NCBI GenBank assembly: GCA_043228905.1
Contig: JBHGNT010000001.1
Location: forward strand, 2,852,001-2,916,000
Origin: Azolla caroliniana
Lineage: Eukaryota; Plantae; Polypodiophyta
Reading direction: 5' to 3'
DNA length: 64,000 nucleotides
Under the pieces are notes generated by a model. The model worked only from the letters and a program-made list of their open reading frames with translations. It did no database searches and was not told the origin of the DNA. The position numbers were made by a program, and so were the translations under genes. Of this stretch, positions 39,346 to 54,129 are shown piece after piece (within the stretch, counting starts at the first letter, position 1; each line of letters starts with the position of its first letter).

Positions 39346-41357
39346 AAGTGTGCAATGTGATTTGGTTCTTTATTACCCAGCTGGAGTATTGCATTGCAAA
39401 GCCAGAGGCTTAGCTCATATTCTCTCAGGATCTTTTATATTAATTGGGTTGGCATGGCCCCTCGATTAGGATAAGTGATATGTTAGTGAGTCTCAAGTCT
39501 TCTCACTAGCTCACCCTAGAGAAAGGATACATTGAATATTGATACTTAACTATGGTTGTGGGTGGTTCTAAAGAAGTGCCTATCCTTGCCACCAGATATG
39601 AACATCAGTGAAGATTGAGGGCCATGCTGAGCAGCACGGATTCTTCGGTAATAAACCTAAGCTGAAAAAATATGTGAAGCATAAGTTGGTTGCACATAAC
39701 AGGATATCATTCCATGCATTGACTACACTCTCCCTCGAGCTGAAAGGAGAAACTATCAGATGGACCTTGGCCTCATCCAAAATGAATTATTTTCCTTTCC
39801 CTTTCAGAGCTATTGCATAAGTAATTTGCTCATAGATAGGGATGTGATTTCTAAGCATCTCTTCAAATCCATATGCAAAATCTTCAAATTCCATGGATAT
39901 GAAGTAATTTACTCAAATCACACAGGGTATTATTACTATATTTATGTATACATGGGGGAAAAGGGCCTATTCATGTGTGACAGTTGGTATATGTGAGGGA
40001 CTTCTAACTTTGTGGCCTTCGATGCCATATACATGGATGGATAAAAGAGACAGATTTCTTGTGTTAATACACTATTTTTCTGATAAGAAGACATCTGTTT
40101 TTTATTTCGCCGGTATGTGCACTAGTATTTTTTATTTATTTTGCTCAGTTACTACTTGTAGAATAATAAATATTATCCAGTAACTTGGGATCACTTCTTT
40201 TTCCACATGATGGGTGAAATTTTGACATGGATTAATATCCTTATTTTTGTAATTAAAATTTCCAAATTTGTAATCAGATGTTGTTGATATGACTTAAAGA
40301 TACTAGAATGGGAAATAAGACATTTATTTATAAGAGCCCATTAGACTCTACAAGTTGGAATAGGTTTATAGACCAACAAATGGATAAAACTCGGTAGTTG
40401 ATTCACAATTCCCTCTTTGTTTTTTGACATGCACATTATTGTAGATATTCTTGTTTAGATAAGCATAAAATTTTCACTTATTCTAGATGGCTGATACGAT
40501 GAGTTTGTGTAGGTAGTGCATTAGTTGTATCAATTAAATAATTCAACATATAAAATAGAGATGAAGAGAAAGTTAGTAATATGCCGAAGTGATTAGGCCT
40601 AATGTCTATTACTTTTAGATATCGAAAGGTCCAATCCAATGTTTCCATTATGAACTACAAGCTTCATCATGACTTCTAAATCTAGAAATTAGCAACACTA
40701 AAAATAACCTTGTGCTACTCCATGATCCAACACCAATTTAGATGTTGGTGCAGTTCAACGTCATAAATTCCCACATATGACTCATAAAACAACGTTCGTT
40801 TGTTGATGCTCATGTGTTCCCATTACGAATGTGGTAGAACAACTATGATATTATGTTGATAATGTAGAAACAAAATGTGTCCGAGTGTTATCCTAGATTT
40901 TGTTGATGTGGCATTTTGAAGCATGATGTTGGGTCGAGCCATTGTACCGGATGATCCTGCCCACGACACATTGAGCAATAATGAATCACAAGGGCCTACA
41001 CTCAAAACCAACCAATCCTAGGGCACACCCTCAACCATGATGTACGATTGATTGGGGATTTCTACAAATCGTTCCACATTCAGAGGGAAATGATGTATGA
41101 AGAATGGCCATGGTTCGACAGAATACATGAAAGGAATGGTGACCAAGGAATTTGATCGATCCCAAGTAGTGGTGACATGACTCCGATCGGCTCACATCCG
41201 ACACCTTACCATGTCAAACCCATATATTTTCTTATTATTGGAGGGAAGTCACATGGAGTTAGTCAATCTTCTTAGATGACAGAAGAAAAGGTGACAACAG
41301 TATAAACGAGTGGATGAAAAGAAAATCCCTCACTCTTGTTGGATCAGGTCCTTCCTA

Positions 41358-41610
41358 ATGGCTCCTCCCTCTTCTTCTGGTCACATTGGCCAGGCTTTGA
41401 GGACCTTATCTATAGCAAGAGCCCAATCTCCTGTCACTATCAGTCAGTATGGAAGAGTGACTACTGGAGCGCAGCTCCTCGAGGATGTGGCTTCTCTCTC
41501 ATCCGGCCTCCGCACTAACCTCTTGCTACAACCCGGTGATAGGGTCGCCATAGCTTCTCTCAACAGGTTTTTTTTTTCTCTATGTATGCATATATACATA
41601 CATTTTTATT

Positions 41611-41647
<37 letters not shown>

Positions 41648-41941
41648 ATTTATGTATCTATATATATCCATATGTTTCTGTCTGTCTGCATCTCTATGTA
41701 TATGTAGTTTTTTTGTTATCTTTGTATGTATATGTCTATGAATTTGTATACATGTATTCATGTATTTAGAAAGGTTATTCAAGAATATTGAATGTATTGA
41801 GTAAACCCAGTGAATGGTACTTGGAATGGCTCCTGGCTGTACCCTGTGCTGGAGGCATTATTGCTCCCCTCAACTATAGATGGGTATGTTGTTAAACCCT
41901 AAAACCTAAAAATATGTGCCATATATGCATTTCATGAGTAT

Positions 41942-42012
<71 letters not shown>

Positions 42013-45000
42013 GTTTACTGAATGGGGTACTGATTAGATAGGTTTTAGAAAAAAATCCATACTGATCAATACCATTTTAAAAAATTGAATTGATTGATAC
42101 AAGTCAATCTTTTGTTTCACTGAATAATGGGATAAGGATTAATCCTATGGCAACTTTCCTGGCTGTAACAGCTATTATGAATAAACCAAAAATTTCTCCC
42201 CTCATTTTTCTGATCTGCATCATCAATAACAAGATGAGAGAATGCTATAATGTTAATATTAATTGCATTAATTGCGTTAAATTTAACTCAAGACGCATTA
42301 GTGCCCTAACCATGTTTTGACTTGTCACCAACACAATGTCATCTACATGATTCCAGAGGCAGCTTCTTATCATGTTGTACACGATACGGGTCATGTCGGA
42401 TCCATTCTGTAGTTTTCAATAACACTGATAAAATTTACTCTTTTCATGAGGATTAGGATAGAATCGATGTCCAACTCCTTATCAAGAAAGGTTTAAACTA
42501 GTCTTGCTTTTACACAAGAGTTGGTGGGGGTATCGGTGGTACTAATTCTGAGGGTTCTCAAGAAGAGATACAAGTATTTGGAACTCAGGTAGGTAAGAAG
42601 AAGAAAATAGTGCTCTCATTACTGAAATGGAAGATAAACAAATTAGATGAGGTGGGTTTTGCATACATTCACATTCAGCTGATTGAAAACTGCCAGGTAT
42701 TTTTTGTTGTAACGTCTGTACAGTTCCATATTCTTTGCCAATAGATGCTCATGGTGTAAAGTCAAGGATGCTTTGTTGATTATTTTTTCTTATAGTTTGC
42801 TTCCTCTTTTCAAACAGAGCATCAGTGAAGCTTGTGAAGCAGTGAAACAGATTGAGCCAATTTATCTGGTCATTGATCAATATTGTGCAGATCTTGGTGC
42901 TGAAATTAGAACCAGATTCCCTACTATTCAGTTAATAACACTAGGATACTTGACTGAAGGAGGTATCTATCCTGTCCTTCGAGAACTAGGTCTTGCATTA
43001 AAAGCTTGATATATATGAAACTGGAAGTCAACAATCTCATATTTAAAATGGGGAAAACTACACACAAATATACTTTTGGTCCGTAGACAGTTCAGCATGT
43101 TTCTATAATTCCCCCTAAAAGACAACCCAATATTCACGTAGCACTGGTTATGATGTTTTCTATGTGTCAAAAGCTTGCAGTTCCTTAACTCTGTTGGTTT
43201 CATCTTACCAGCTTTTACTTCAGAGTCTATTATGGATGGGACGCAAAAGGAGCTCCATCTTTATTGGGCACCTGATTCAATTGCACTCATTTGCTTCACT
43301 TCAGGTGCATATGCTCATTTTTCTAGAATCAAGATATATTTCTGATTAAATGCTAGACAATTTTCATTTAACACCTTGAGTATGCAATTTTGGTCGTCTG
43401 AACATGGTGTGAGATACTCATAATGTGTAGGATAGCATCATTTAGATTTCTTTGGAAGATTAATGTTCTGATTGCTGTTATGTTGAATAAGACAATGAAA
43501 TTGGTCCATTCAGAAGTGAACCAATTCCATAGCTATACCATAAATCCAGAGAGTGAGACTATCAAATTCAGCATACCTAGAAGTGTTTGAAATAGTTGAC
43601 GGTCGAATGATATTTGATGTTATTATGAACTGAGAATATCATTAATCAACACAAGCTAAAATCTTTACGTTGAATTCGTTCACATGTGGTTGTGTCTAAC
43701 TTTGTGCTCTCTAGATTTGCAGGAACCACAGGGAAACCAAAAGGTGCAGCAATAAGCCATGGTGCACTGATTGTTCAATCTTTGGCGAAGATAGCTGTGG
43801 TTAACTATTGTAGCACTGATGTAAGATATCAAATTTCAGCTATAATAGCTTGAAGTTAATGGAGATATTGCATTGTGTGTACATATGTCAAGACATTCGA
43901 GACTGTTCAACTGAAAACAAGATGCATATTACGGATTTTTTATTCCTCTTTTTACAAATTGTTGAAAAAACACTGTTTGTACTTTTGCTGGCCTTGTGAT
44001 AATGAAATCTTTATCATAGCCGTTGGTGACTGAAAACATGATGAGGTCTTCTTACTTGGATAAAGCAATCATTAATATGAACTCAAAATGTCTGTCGAGA
44101 TAACTGATGCGTCATATCCAATTGCATTTATGTTACATTCATGAGATGGAGAGTTCCTTGTTTGTCTTTTTTCTGCTCAAAATGCTATTCTGAAGGTCTC
44201 ATGCATGCATTAGCGGAAGAGATGGAGGGTTTCCTGCTGTTCTTCTTCTAGTCAAAATGCTATTACTGGAGGTCTCATGCATGCATCGGGGGGAGAGATA
44301 TCCATGATAATCCAAACAGAAAAAAGCAGCACCTTTTTGTGTTTAGTCAAACCAGACAGCCAAAATTTGTCTTTCCTCTGTATTGCATCTGGACCTTATG
44401 AAGGAAGTGTACATTAGGGGTGGTTGATTCCCTGAAGCATTGTTGATCATCTGGGTAATACAATCAGAAAGTAGCTGTCAGAGACGATCATTTATAGCTG
44501 GGGTTGTGTCTGCTTCCCTGTGTCTGTCTGACTTTCCAAGAAACACTTATCCTGAATCTTTTTGTTTCAAAATTTTCATTACTTCTGAGCAAATTGAACC
44601 AGATCCTTTTTGATAATAATGGTGCCAAGTGAACAGGTATATCTTCACACCTCTCCCTTATGCCATATTGGAGGCATTTCTTCAGCTCATGCCATGCTAA
44701 TGGCAGGTGGATGCCACATCTTTATTCCAAAGTTTCAGCCTTTGGATGTTCTGAAAGCAATAGAAGAACATCAAGTTACAGCCATGATAACTGTCCCTAC
44801 CATGCTCAAAGACATCACTTCCTTAATGCTGTCAAGGTATATTATGTGAATAGATACTTGACCATCTTTCATTTGGTGCACCCTTGATTAAATCTGGTGA
44901 TGATAACATTGCGGCTTCTTCATTGTCGTGTAAGCTCTTCATTCATTCTTTGCATAATCCAGCATTCTGATTTCAATGCCAATTGCTTTTTAGGGGTGGT

Positions 45001-46487
45001 AATCAGGGTAGGTTACAATGTCGATCAATGCAAACTATTCTAAATGGGGCTGGAAGTCTTCCTTCAACTCTCCTGGAGACTACAAAGGACATGTTTCCTG
45101 GATCTCGGATTCTCTCAGCTTATGGTGGAACATTTTACCATTATCTCAGTTTCATGCATCGACAAACATAATGTTTCCAAATTTTGCAGTTGAGAGAATT
45201 AGTTCATTTCTATACAGGAATGACTGAAGCATGTTCATCGATGTCTTTCATAACACTTCATGACCCAAAATCAGACGCCAACCACTCAATTTTTCTGAGA
45301 AGAAATTCAGGTCTTGGAGGAGTTTGTGTTGGGAAACCAGCACCCCATGCTGAGATTCTTGTGCGTGCAAATGCGTCATTGAGAGGTCAAAACAGTTGTC
45401 TGAACAAAGAAGGAGATGTATTTGTTAGAGGTCCCCATCTAATGACAAAGTACTGGGGAGAAAATAAAGCCTTTGGTAATGGTGGATGGTTTAATACAGG
45501 TGATGTTGGGTGGATGGACAATCAAGGATGTCTTTGGTTGCTTGGGCGTCAGAAAGACGTCATTAAAAGTGGGGGTGAGAATGTTCACTGCTCTGAGGTA
45601 AATAAACTCTGTAAAAGACATACTGGAGAGACTTCTCCTCAAAGACTTTAAGATTTCACTGCTTGGTTTTGAATTCTTGATCCAGAGAGTAGGATGAAAG
45701 ATCCCTAATAAACTCCTCCTATTTGTGCATAAAGAGTTTCCCCTGTAGATCCCTATGCACATCTCCTTGTTTTAGTATTTTGGTGGGTCTTGACTAACGT
45801 CAAAGAGCTATGCTTGACCAGTTCATGGAATAGATGCTCATTGCCGAAAAGTAACCTTGTTAAATGGGAAAGATGCTCATTGCCTGGAATAATCATTCAG
45901 CTATATTATGTGCGAAAGATGATTATGGAAACGTTTGTATCAATCATTAAGCTAATATTGGAAAAATAGAAGAGAGAAGAGTTTGATGTTTGTTCTTGAC
46001 AAATCAGGTTGAGGAGATTCTATCAAGACATCCAGCTATTGCAGTTGCAGCGGTAGCAGGAGTGCAGGATGCACGCCTCGGTGAAGTAGTCGGAGCTATG
46101 CTTCTATTGAACAATGGATGGAAATGGGTTCAAAGTGAAGGTTTTGAGGACATCATCGATGCGACTTATTACCAAGAAGAGAAGATATTTTCTCCCAAAT
46201 CCATGCATTTCTTTTGTAGGCAACAAGGGCTCTCTGGGTATGTGTGATTGCATGCCATTTTTTACCTGCAACGGTTGTATTTATTCAATGTCATTTTGTT
46301 TTTTACCATCCTCTTTAATCATGTTGAATTTTGAACTTGCAGATTTAAGATTCCCAAAATTTGCTACCAGAAGTTTGGGGACTTTCCTAGAACAAGTACT
46401 GGTAAGATTAGGAAAGAACTTGTGAGGGAAGAGCTGGCTAGTTATTATAGAAGCCATGAAGCCTTGTATGGATCAAGCAGGCTTTGA
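41358..46487 (+). CDS. AAE14: o-succinylbenzoate-CoA ligase (MenE, phylloquinone synthesis), 10 exons, ~567 aa, C-terminal PTS1 SRL
   Basis: Exons 41358-41566, 41811-41883, 42818-42962, 43212-43304, 43723-43820, 44637-44836, 44994-45124, 45218-45597, 46008-46237, 46343-46487. Motifs: EWLLAV..APLNYRW, ICFTSGTTGKPKG, VQSLAKIA, YLHTSPLCHIGG, YGMTEACSS, IKSGGENV, TSTGKI. Confidence 0.94.
44142..44300. repeat. ~76-bp imperfect tandem duplication in AAE14 intron 5
   Basis: GAGATGGAG...CAAAATGCTATT..G.AGGTCTCATGCATGCAT twice. Confidence 0.8.
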
Positions 46488-47689
46488 TGTTCTTTCCTTT
46501 ATCATCATTTATTAGCCATTTATTGGCTCAATTTAAACCAGTTTTCCTTGATTGTATGCCTATCTTCTTCAAATTTGTGAAAAACCTACCTCATCGATCA
46601 TCAGCAATGTGCATCATCATGGAGACAACCTTCAGACTACGGGTTTATATAAAATAAAAGAAATTGAGAAACTTAGTTGTAACCGGGATGCATGTTATTG
46701 TTGAGGGGATGATTGATTGGGACCTTTTCCTTTCCTCAATAATCCATTGCCAAATCAGCATTTTGTGAATTAACACGTTACTGCAATGGCATCAAGTTTT
46801 CACTCTAGCCTGTGAAGAAAACAAAAACCATCGCATTAGTGTACTGCAAAAAGCATGAAAAACAACAAAATGGTATCAGTCGCCTCAACTCATTCAACTC
46901 ATTGACCGGTGATTCTGTTGTGGGTAAACCACCAAAGTCATGAAGTTGAGATATCCCAAGTTCAATCCTCAACCCAGCTCCAATTCAATAGATTGATTGT
47001 ACAAAGAGATCTCTTGCTGCAGCTTACATTACAAAGTCATACCTTGCATGTGATATTGCGTGGGCCGAGGAGGCAATAATGAATCAATTTTGGCATGAAT
47101 TTCACAATGTCATAAAGGATTTGCGTTTTGCTTTTCATGACGACTCACACCCTGTACATGATGCTCACCCGCACTATTAGAATATATGATTGTTGAAACA
47201 AATCTCTATTAGAACATCTATCTTTTGTTTTTTGTGACGCTTAAGACTGGTGGGAAACCTTAAGAGGTGAAAACACACAAACAAATATTGATGTACAAAT
47301 TTGTGCTTAAAAGCATTTGAAGAAATCTTAAAATTTGTCAATAAAATTATCATGTACTGAAGACAATCATACATCATTCAGTGATTGCATCAAATAGTGC
47401 TTGGCTAAACTAAATTCATGGAAAATGGGTTGATTAAAGTATGTGTGTTTGTGTGATATCTGTATAGTTCAAAATCACCAAAATCTTACCCAATTTAGAA
47501 CTTGCATGTACTCTCCATTTGCATCAAACAATTAGATCTTGATCCCATAATATGCTATCTGAATTTCTTATGATTTTCAATTAACTTTGTAGAGAATGGA
47601 CATCACACTATACTACAATCATACTTAACAAATATTACATCCTAATATATGGTGGTCTAGGAACCACTTTTTTTTTATTTCATGCATTT

Positions 47690-48050
47690 GCATATATCCA
47701 CCAACATCTTCTTCCATGGTTGGATTTGATTTTTCCAATTCCATGAGCATTATTGCTTTCCTTGCAAACATGTTAGTCTCCAATTGAGTATATTAAAACC
47801 TCCAATGAATTTAGACCAATTTATTGAAGGTAGATAGAACTACATATATTATATGATCATTGATTGTGTGATACTCTTTATCTTACATGCAATAGCCTTG
47901 TTACTTTATTCATTACCCATTCACTTTTTTGCTTATTTATGATGTTCCATTGAGTGGATAGCCTAATGCATAACCATTTTATCTAAATTTAATATTTCTC
48001 CTAACCATAACAATTGGCACCCATCATACACATTGGAAATAGTCCTTCTT
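47690..48050 (-). mobile_element. Possible LINE ORF2 relic
   Basis: WSKFIGGFNILNW...PWK resembles the post-RT PKxxGGLGxxD...PW segment; very degenerate. Confidence 0.35.
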
Positions 48051-48059
48051 TAAAGGTGG

Positions 48060-48600
48060 TGAATGGAATTGCACAACCTTCAGCTCAAGGAGGTTCAGTC
48101 TACATACGGGAACGGTACGTAGATATTTGGTTTTTAGTGGTTGGCCTTATTGTTTGCTAAGTGTGGGTATCTAGGTGCGATTGTTTACCGGGAAGTAAAC
48201 CCCAATCGGCTAAGAGTTTAATGATGATTTGGTTTAATCTGATTTTTACGCTACAAGGAAAGTTTGACAGCCTTCAGGGGCCCTCTAAAACGAGTGAAGA
48301 AGCTAGATACTGCTTCCTTCTAAAATGGAGAGGTTCTCCGATGCTACAAATGGTGGATGGCAATGCAAAGTGGATTTATCAGCCACCCCGGTGGTTGTTT
48401 CCTCCAAGGGTACCAAACATATAGGTGGGTGTTGAATTGTGAAGAGATTGGAGGATGTCTTTTCTGAATGTGGGTTGTGTGAGGCTCATGTTGAGGGGAG
48501 TCTGTCAAGTAATATTGTGCTAAGGCTTTATTGCTTCATTTATACATGTTGTTTTCTTGTAGCCATGCAAATTTGCTTGTAACATATGAGTTGTATATTA
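48060..48600 (+). mobile_element. LINE ORF2 3'-terminal fragment with probable 3'UTR
   Basis: WVSRC..IWFNLIFTLQGKFD...WIYQPPRWLFPP resembles the C-terminus of plant L1-type ORF2 as I recall it (W.IW..RC motif). Confidence 0.55.
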
Positions 48601-51600
48601 TCCTATGTACTTTTTCTTAACTAATGGAAGTAGTAATTTTTTTTGGAAATATATATACGTATGTATTGTTAAAAAAACAAAATATGTATATCGTAGTCTT
48701 TTAAATTTAGTCATTTGATCCCTTTGATAAGGGGGATTCGAAAATATATATAATATAACCATTGTGTCATCATACAAATAGAATAAGGAGAAATACACAA
48801 AGAGATCAATGTATCGTTTATTGGTAACAAAAAGGATACCTATTAACATCTTTCCTATAAATTATAGCTTGTGCCAAGCTTGTGCCTCTCACTCTCCTTG
48901 GTGGTCCATGTAAGTGGTATATTCATAATTGTTTTATTATTTCTATTCTATAATGTTGTCATGAAATATACCTTTCTAATTGTACCCCCCATGTGTATGC
49001 AACAAATAGATATTACCAATGTACCACAATCTTATAGCTTGATCATTCTAATTGGCATGTGGATATGGTGATGTTAGGAGCTATAGTATGTGCACCTTTA
49101 CATGTACAACACATCTGTGTCATATCATGATTTCATGGAAAATATGATGAATAAATGTGCGCATCTATATTCAAGACAAATTAGAGGACAAATGATAACA
49201 CAACCCGCCTAATAGAATGGTGGATTATAGATGGAATGAGGGGAGGTGAAACATGAGTCATGAAATGATAATTTAAATATTATTGTAAGCCATGTTTTTG
49301 TGAAATTAAGGACATCAATTCATTATCTCACTAATTTACGATATGACCATGTGGAATATAGGGGTGGGACACATTCACTTTCTCATCATTTCATGTTAGG
49401 GTTGTATCCTAGTTGTAAATAATTTTTGTACACATAGTTCAATTATTACTAATGTACTAGATGGTTAATGGCATCATTGTTTCGTATAGGGTTGCACTAG
49501 CTTCAAATCTCACTAATTATAGTGTGTCCGTTTTGGGGTCTCTCTCCTATCTGTTTAATAAGAAGTCATATAATTTTGAATGCATGGAGTAGGTAGAGAC
49601 AAGTTACAACCACTCTTCTATTACAAGAGGATGCTCCCATACAAGACAAAGAGAATAAAGAATGTGTTTTAACATCTACGAAAAGACAAATTTGGATTAT
49701 GAGACAAACAAGCCATTGTCTCATCTATTGATGCATAGCGAGAAAGCATTGCCTTCAAATTATTGGAAACCTCACTTCAAATCATTATCAAAAGATTATT
49801 GGCTAACCTTAATGGAATTGTAAAACTCATGCACAAAAAAGTATGGTTTAATAATGTTTGTAATTTCACAACTTAATGGTTATGGGTTCAAGCCATCATC
49901 ATTAAGAAAACTCTTCGTTGTTTTTGTTTCGATCATGCACATTAGTAATTTGGTCATAAACATTGTCTTTTCAAAGATGTTAAGAAAACAATAAGATACA
50001 AAGTGTAATGAATTGTAAGTAAAGAAATAAAACGACAAATATCCACGATACAAAGAGCAAAAAGATTGGCCTTTACAGACACAATGTTATAGCCTACAAA
50101 CACACCAACATACAAAATGTAATGAATGGTAAAAAAAGGAGTGACTTGTACCCACAGTAAAAATAGCAAAAACCACTACAACTTTAGAAGGCAATACGAG
50201 CACAATATAATACCAAGAAAAGGTAGTTGTAACTAAGGAAGTAACAAGGATGTGGTGAAACATAGAATCTCTATCTCTCTCCCTCCCTCTCTCTCTCTAC
50301 CTAGTGTAAAGTGTGAATTTTAAACAAAGAATTATAGCTTGAAAAAGCCTTTGTATGAATGCTATGTGTTTATTGTAGCTCTAGATCATTCACTTCTTGA
50401 AGTTGCTAACGACAAAGCATGAGCTTGCTTTTTACATAAAGCTACAGTTGTAACAGAATTGACTCTTAGTTTCTCTTTGCATAAAGTCACGATAATGACC
50501 CGATATTTTATTTTATTTTCTGCCCTTGCGCAAGTTTGTCATGGAAGTAGCAACTTGGGCAAAAAATCAAAGTGCAAAGGATAATTTGTGAGGCATGTGA
50601 ATGGCAAAGCTTGATTGTAACTAAGATCCTCCTCCTTAAACACTTGCCACTAAAGACGAAAGGATCCAGTCGAATGCTTTATTAAGCAAATTTCTCGTCA
50701 CAACTTAACCTAAGTGAATACAAAGCAAAGGTTATCACGCACAAGCTTTAGAACAAGACCATCAAACAAGCACCATTTTTGTGGTAACCTTGATGCACAG
50801 ATTGAGAAAAAATATATATTCTCTCTTTACACTTTTCTTGAATTCTCTCTGTTCACTCTTTATAGATTACCAAAACACACAAAAATGATATATCTGCCAC
50901 ACAAAAGTTTGGTTTGTCAAGGTGTCTGTGAACCTAAACCAACGTTCGAATTTGATGTACAACCTACATTTTCATGAGAAGTGTATTTTTAAAACATATC
51001 AATCTCATCGGAGTGGCGAATTCCATTGGCATTCTAAAATATACATGTATAAATTGTCAAAACACACAATTAGCTAGCATTTTCATAAATCCACCTACTA
51101 TTATAAAATGGGCCATATATTCTTTTCATAGCTTGCTATAATAAATAAAAACCCCATTTCACGTTACAAAAAGATGATGCAATCTACTCCAAAAGTAAAA
51201 ACTCATAGCCCCTATAATATTTTAAAAGAATGACATTTTCTACACATGTCATGACTCATGACATATTCATTGAGCATGGTTACATTGGCGTGAATGATCC
51301 AATTCATTTTCTTTTGGTACAATTTTAAGCTTCAAAGCATTTGCTCTGCAAAAACTCGTCAAAATTAGTCTAAAATTTGTGTGAATTCTGCAAGCATTCT
51401 TATAACCTTCCTATTATTTTGGACAAAAGAACATTATAACAAACAACCATAAATAGATCGCGTGAGCATATTTATAATCTTCATCATCTTTATACATCTG
51501 ACTGAAATGTAGGTAAAGTTAGTGTGAAATTACCTTCAATATCAACAAAAGTCATGAATCAATTCTCATTAAGAGTCATGCACAACAAAATATCCTAAGT

Positions 51601-52117
51601 TTTGAGGGAGACTTGAAGCCATACCTCTTCTATAAGCTAGGAGTGTCGATATTGTTTTTAGCATCATCCCTTTACATTGAGTAGCTTTCTCATGAAAGGT
51701 TGAGTGTGAAATGCACCTATACAAAAATGTATTATAAAGGAATGACAAATGGAAGGATTCTATTATTGGTGTAAAATGGTCTCCAATGCTAGTAAATTGT
51801 AGATGTCCATCTTAAATTTTACTATTCAACATGTTGAGCTCTCCACGTGCATCACCAGGAAAAACAAAACAAAGATTGCACCCCATAATGAGTTAACTGA
51901 TGAAAATGATTTAAACCACTTAATGTATAAATGTACGTAACAAGTTTCAAACATTAAATATTTGGCAATATACACATAATAGCATCGAGGAGGGTTTGAT
52001 CTCGAGAATCGTGAAAGAATCACATGGTTGATGCATACATATTTTTCAAGTTTTTCATGTGGTGTATTTAGTTTTGAACCATCCTTATGAGTGTGACAAG
52101 TTAGGAACCATTATAAT

Positions 52118-52825
52118 CATAGAACGTAATATACGTGTTCGTGCAAGCATTCAAACGTTTGAAAACGAACACGTTTGAAAAGGGGAAAATGCATGCACCT
52201 GTTTTCTTTTGTTTTTCCGTTGGTTATTATTACAAGTTATCTCACCCTTGTTGTAAGTTGTTGTGCTAGTGTCGTCTATGTCTTGGGTTCAATTCCCAAT
52301 TTTATCATGTCCTCTCATTAGTGTAGTGTCATGCCATGGCAAAATTTTATGTTAGTGTCATCTTCCTTTTTTTTCTTTTTTTTCGTTATTTGTTATTAGA
52401 AATTAGGTCACCCTAGTGGTAAGTTGTTATGCTATTGCTGCCTATGTCATGTTTTCTTCATATTCTCAAATATACGTTTTATGAGTTTTTGAACGTTTGA
52501 TTATAATTTATAATGACATATTTTGATTCAATCTCTATAGTTCATACTCATTTTTTTGTAAAGTTCTAATGTGAGGAGGATAGAGATGTTTTGATTCTTA
52601 AGAAGCATCCCAAAGGTATGCATGTGATACAATGCAAATATTGCAACGATACTTATGTTGGTGGTTCACAATGGATTAGAGTCCACTTATTGGGATTGAG
52701 AGTGAATCAATATATAATATAGGCCATAGTCAATCCAATCCAACTTCGAGATGATTTACCATACACGTTTGATTGAATCATTCTCGAATGCGAATCCACG
52801 TATGATACGTATGGTTCATTCTATG
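52118..52825 (+). mobile_element. Non-autonomous hAT DNA transposon (708 bp) with BED zinc-finger relic
   Basis: 8-bp TSD ATTATAAT at 52110-52117 and 52826-52833; TIR CATAGAACG.../...CATTCTATG; ACGT-rich subterminal motifs; 52582-52705 encodes VIQCKYCNDTYVGGSQWIRVHLLG (CxxC...H BED finger). Confidence 0.8.
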
Positions 52826-54129
52826 ATTATAATCATTATATAACTATGTAAATACCATATCAATGCGATAACTGATGTTATGTCTTCGTTTTTGGATGGG
52901 CATTTCTTAGTGTTACTTGTCTATGAATGAGAAATGTGTTCCCCCCATTTTCCATAATATCGTATAACAATTTTCCATTCTAGCTCTATGAATATTTCAG
53001 AATGGTTTTACATATCATGTGACATTTACGAAGGCCTTTCAGAAACGGAAGGTTGTAAAATCCGACCATTTCTCTAGACACACAATGATGGTGTCAAAGG
53101 CTTTATTATAAGAAGAATATGGAGCATCTTTCCCCCAATGATATAGATATTTTGAAATATGACGGCTTTTGAATTGATGAAGAAATTTTTAAGAGCAATG
53201 GACTCAACCCCTTAGACATGGCAAGTGGTGCCAATTACAAATTGTGTCGTGCAAATAACTATCCTTACTAGATGGGTTCACTATATTTGATTCATTATTT
53301 AATACATAATTTTGTATTCAATATATTATATATTTAGTATATTATAATCTTCTATTTAGATGTGTAAAATATTGCTTTACCATTGTGTAGCTTCAATCGT
53401 GCATGGTTGTCATGCAACGTGAATCATTCTTTATGTTCATGTTGCCCCAATCACCATGGGTACTCAATCCCCATTATTCTTAGCTTGTACACACATTACC
53501 ATACATGATGGTTAGAGGGTTGATGGAACATTCAAGAAGGTTAATATTTCGAAGGTAGGTTTTACTTGTCAATTGCATTATTGCCTTTGAAATAGAATAT
53601 AATGTTATCCTCTTACCTCGGTTCCATGGTCAAATGTTGGATTCAAGGCACACATGTGACACACAATTGGACAATTAATCTTAAGACGAATAGTATCATG
53701 TTTGCAAGCAAATCCTTGTTACTCTACTTGCTCGCAATATGCATATGCTTGAAGTTGTTTTATTGAGTGAACGAATTTTTTTGAGGTAATAGATTTTGTA
53801 CCAAAATCCTACATGCCATACGATTTTGCTCAATATAGCGGGACCCTAGAGTAACAAGATTTTACTTTAGCATAAATATTGTGTTGCTTGCCAACTACCC
53901 AAGGGCATAGTAAATACAAAGTTAGGAGAATATATTATATTTGGCATTTTACTTAGTGTTTGAATTTTCCCATTTGCAAGGTAAGTATACCTCATGAGGA
54001 TGAATTCTATTTTAGGCAACATGGAATTGAGAGTATTAAAAATATGATTAATGATTAACAACTTCAATGGCTACAATCTCTTTATTTATGGTCGCAAAAG
54101 TATGTACTAATAGATAGAATGGGACTTTA

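Noticed and set aside
46905-46985. tRNA or SINE from B-box-like AGTTCAATCCT
   Set aside because: No cloverleaf, clear A-box or TSD; cannot be supported without a copy-number search.
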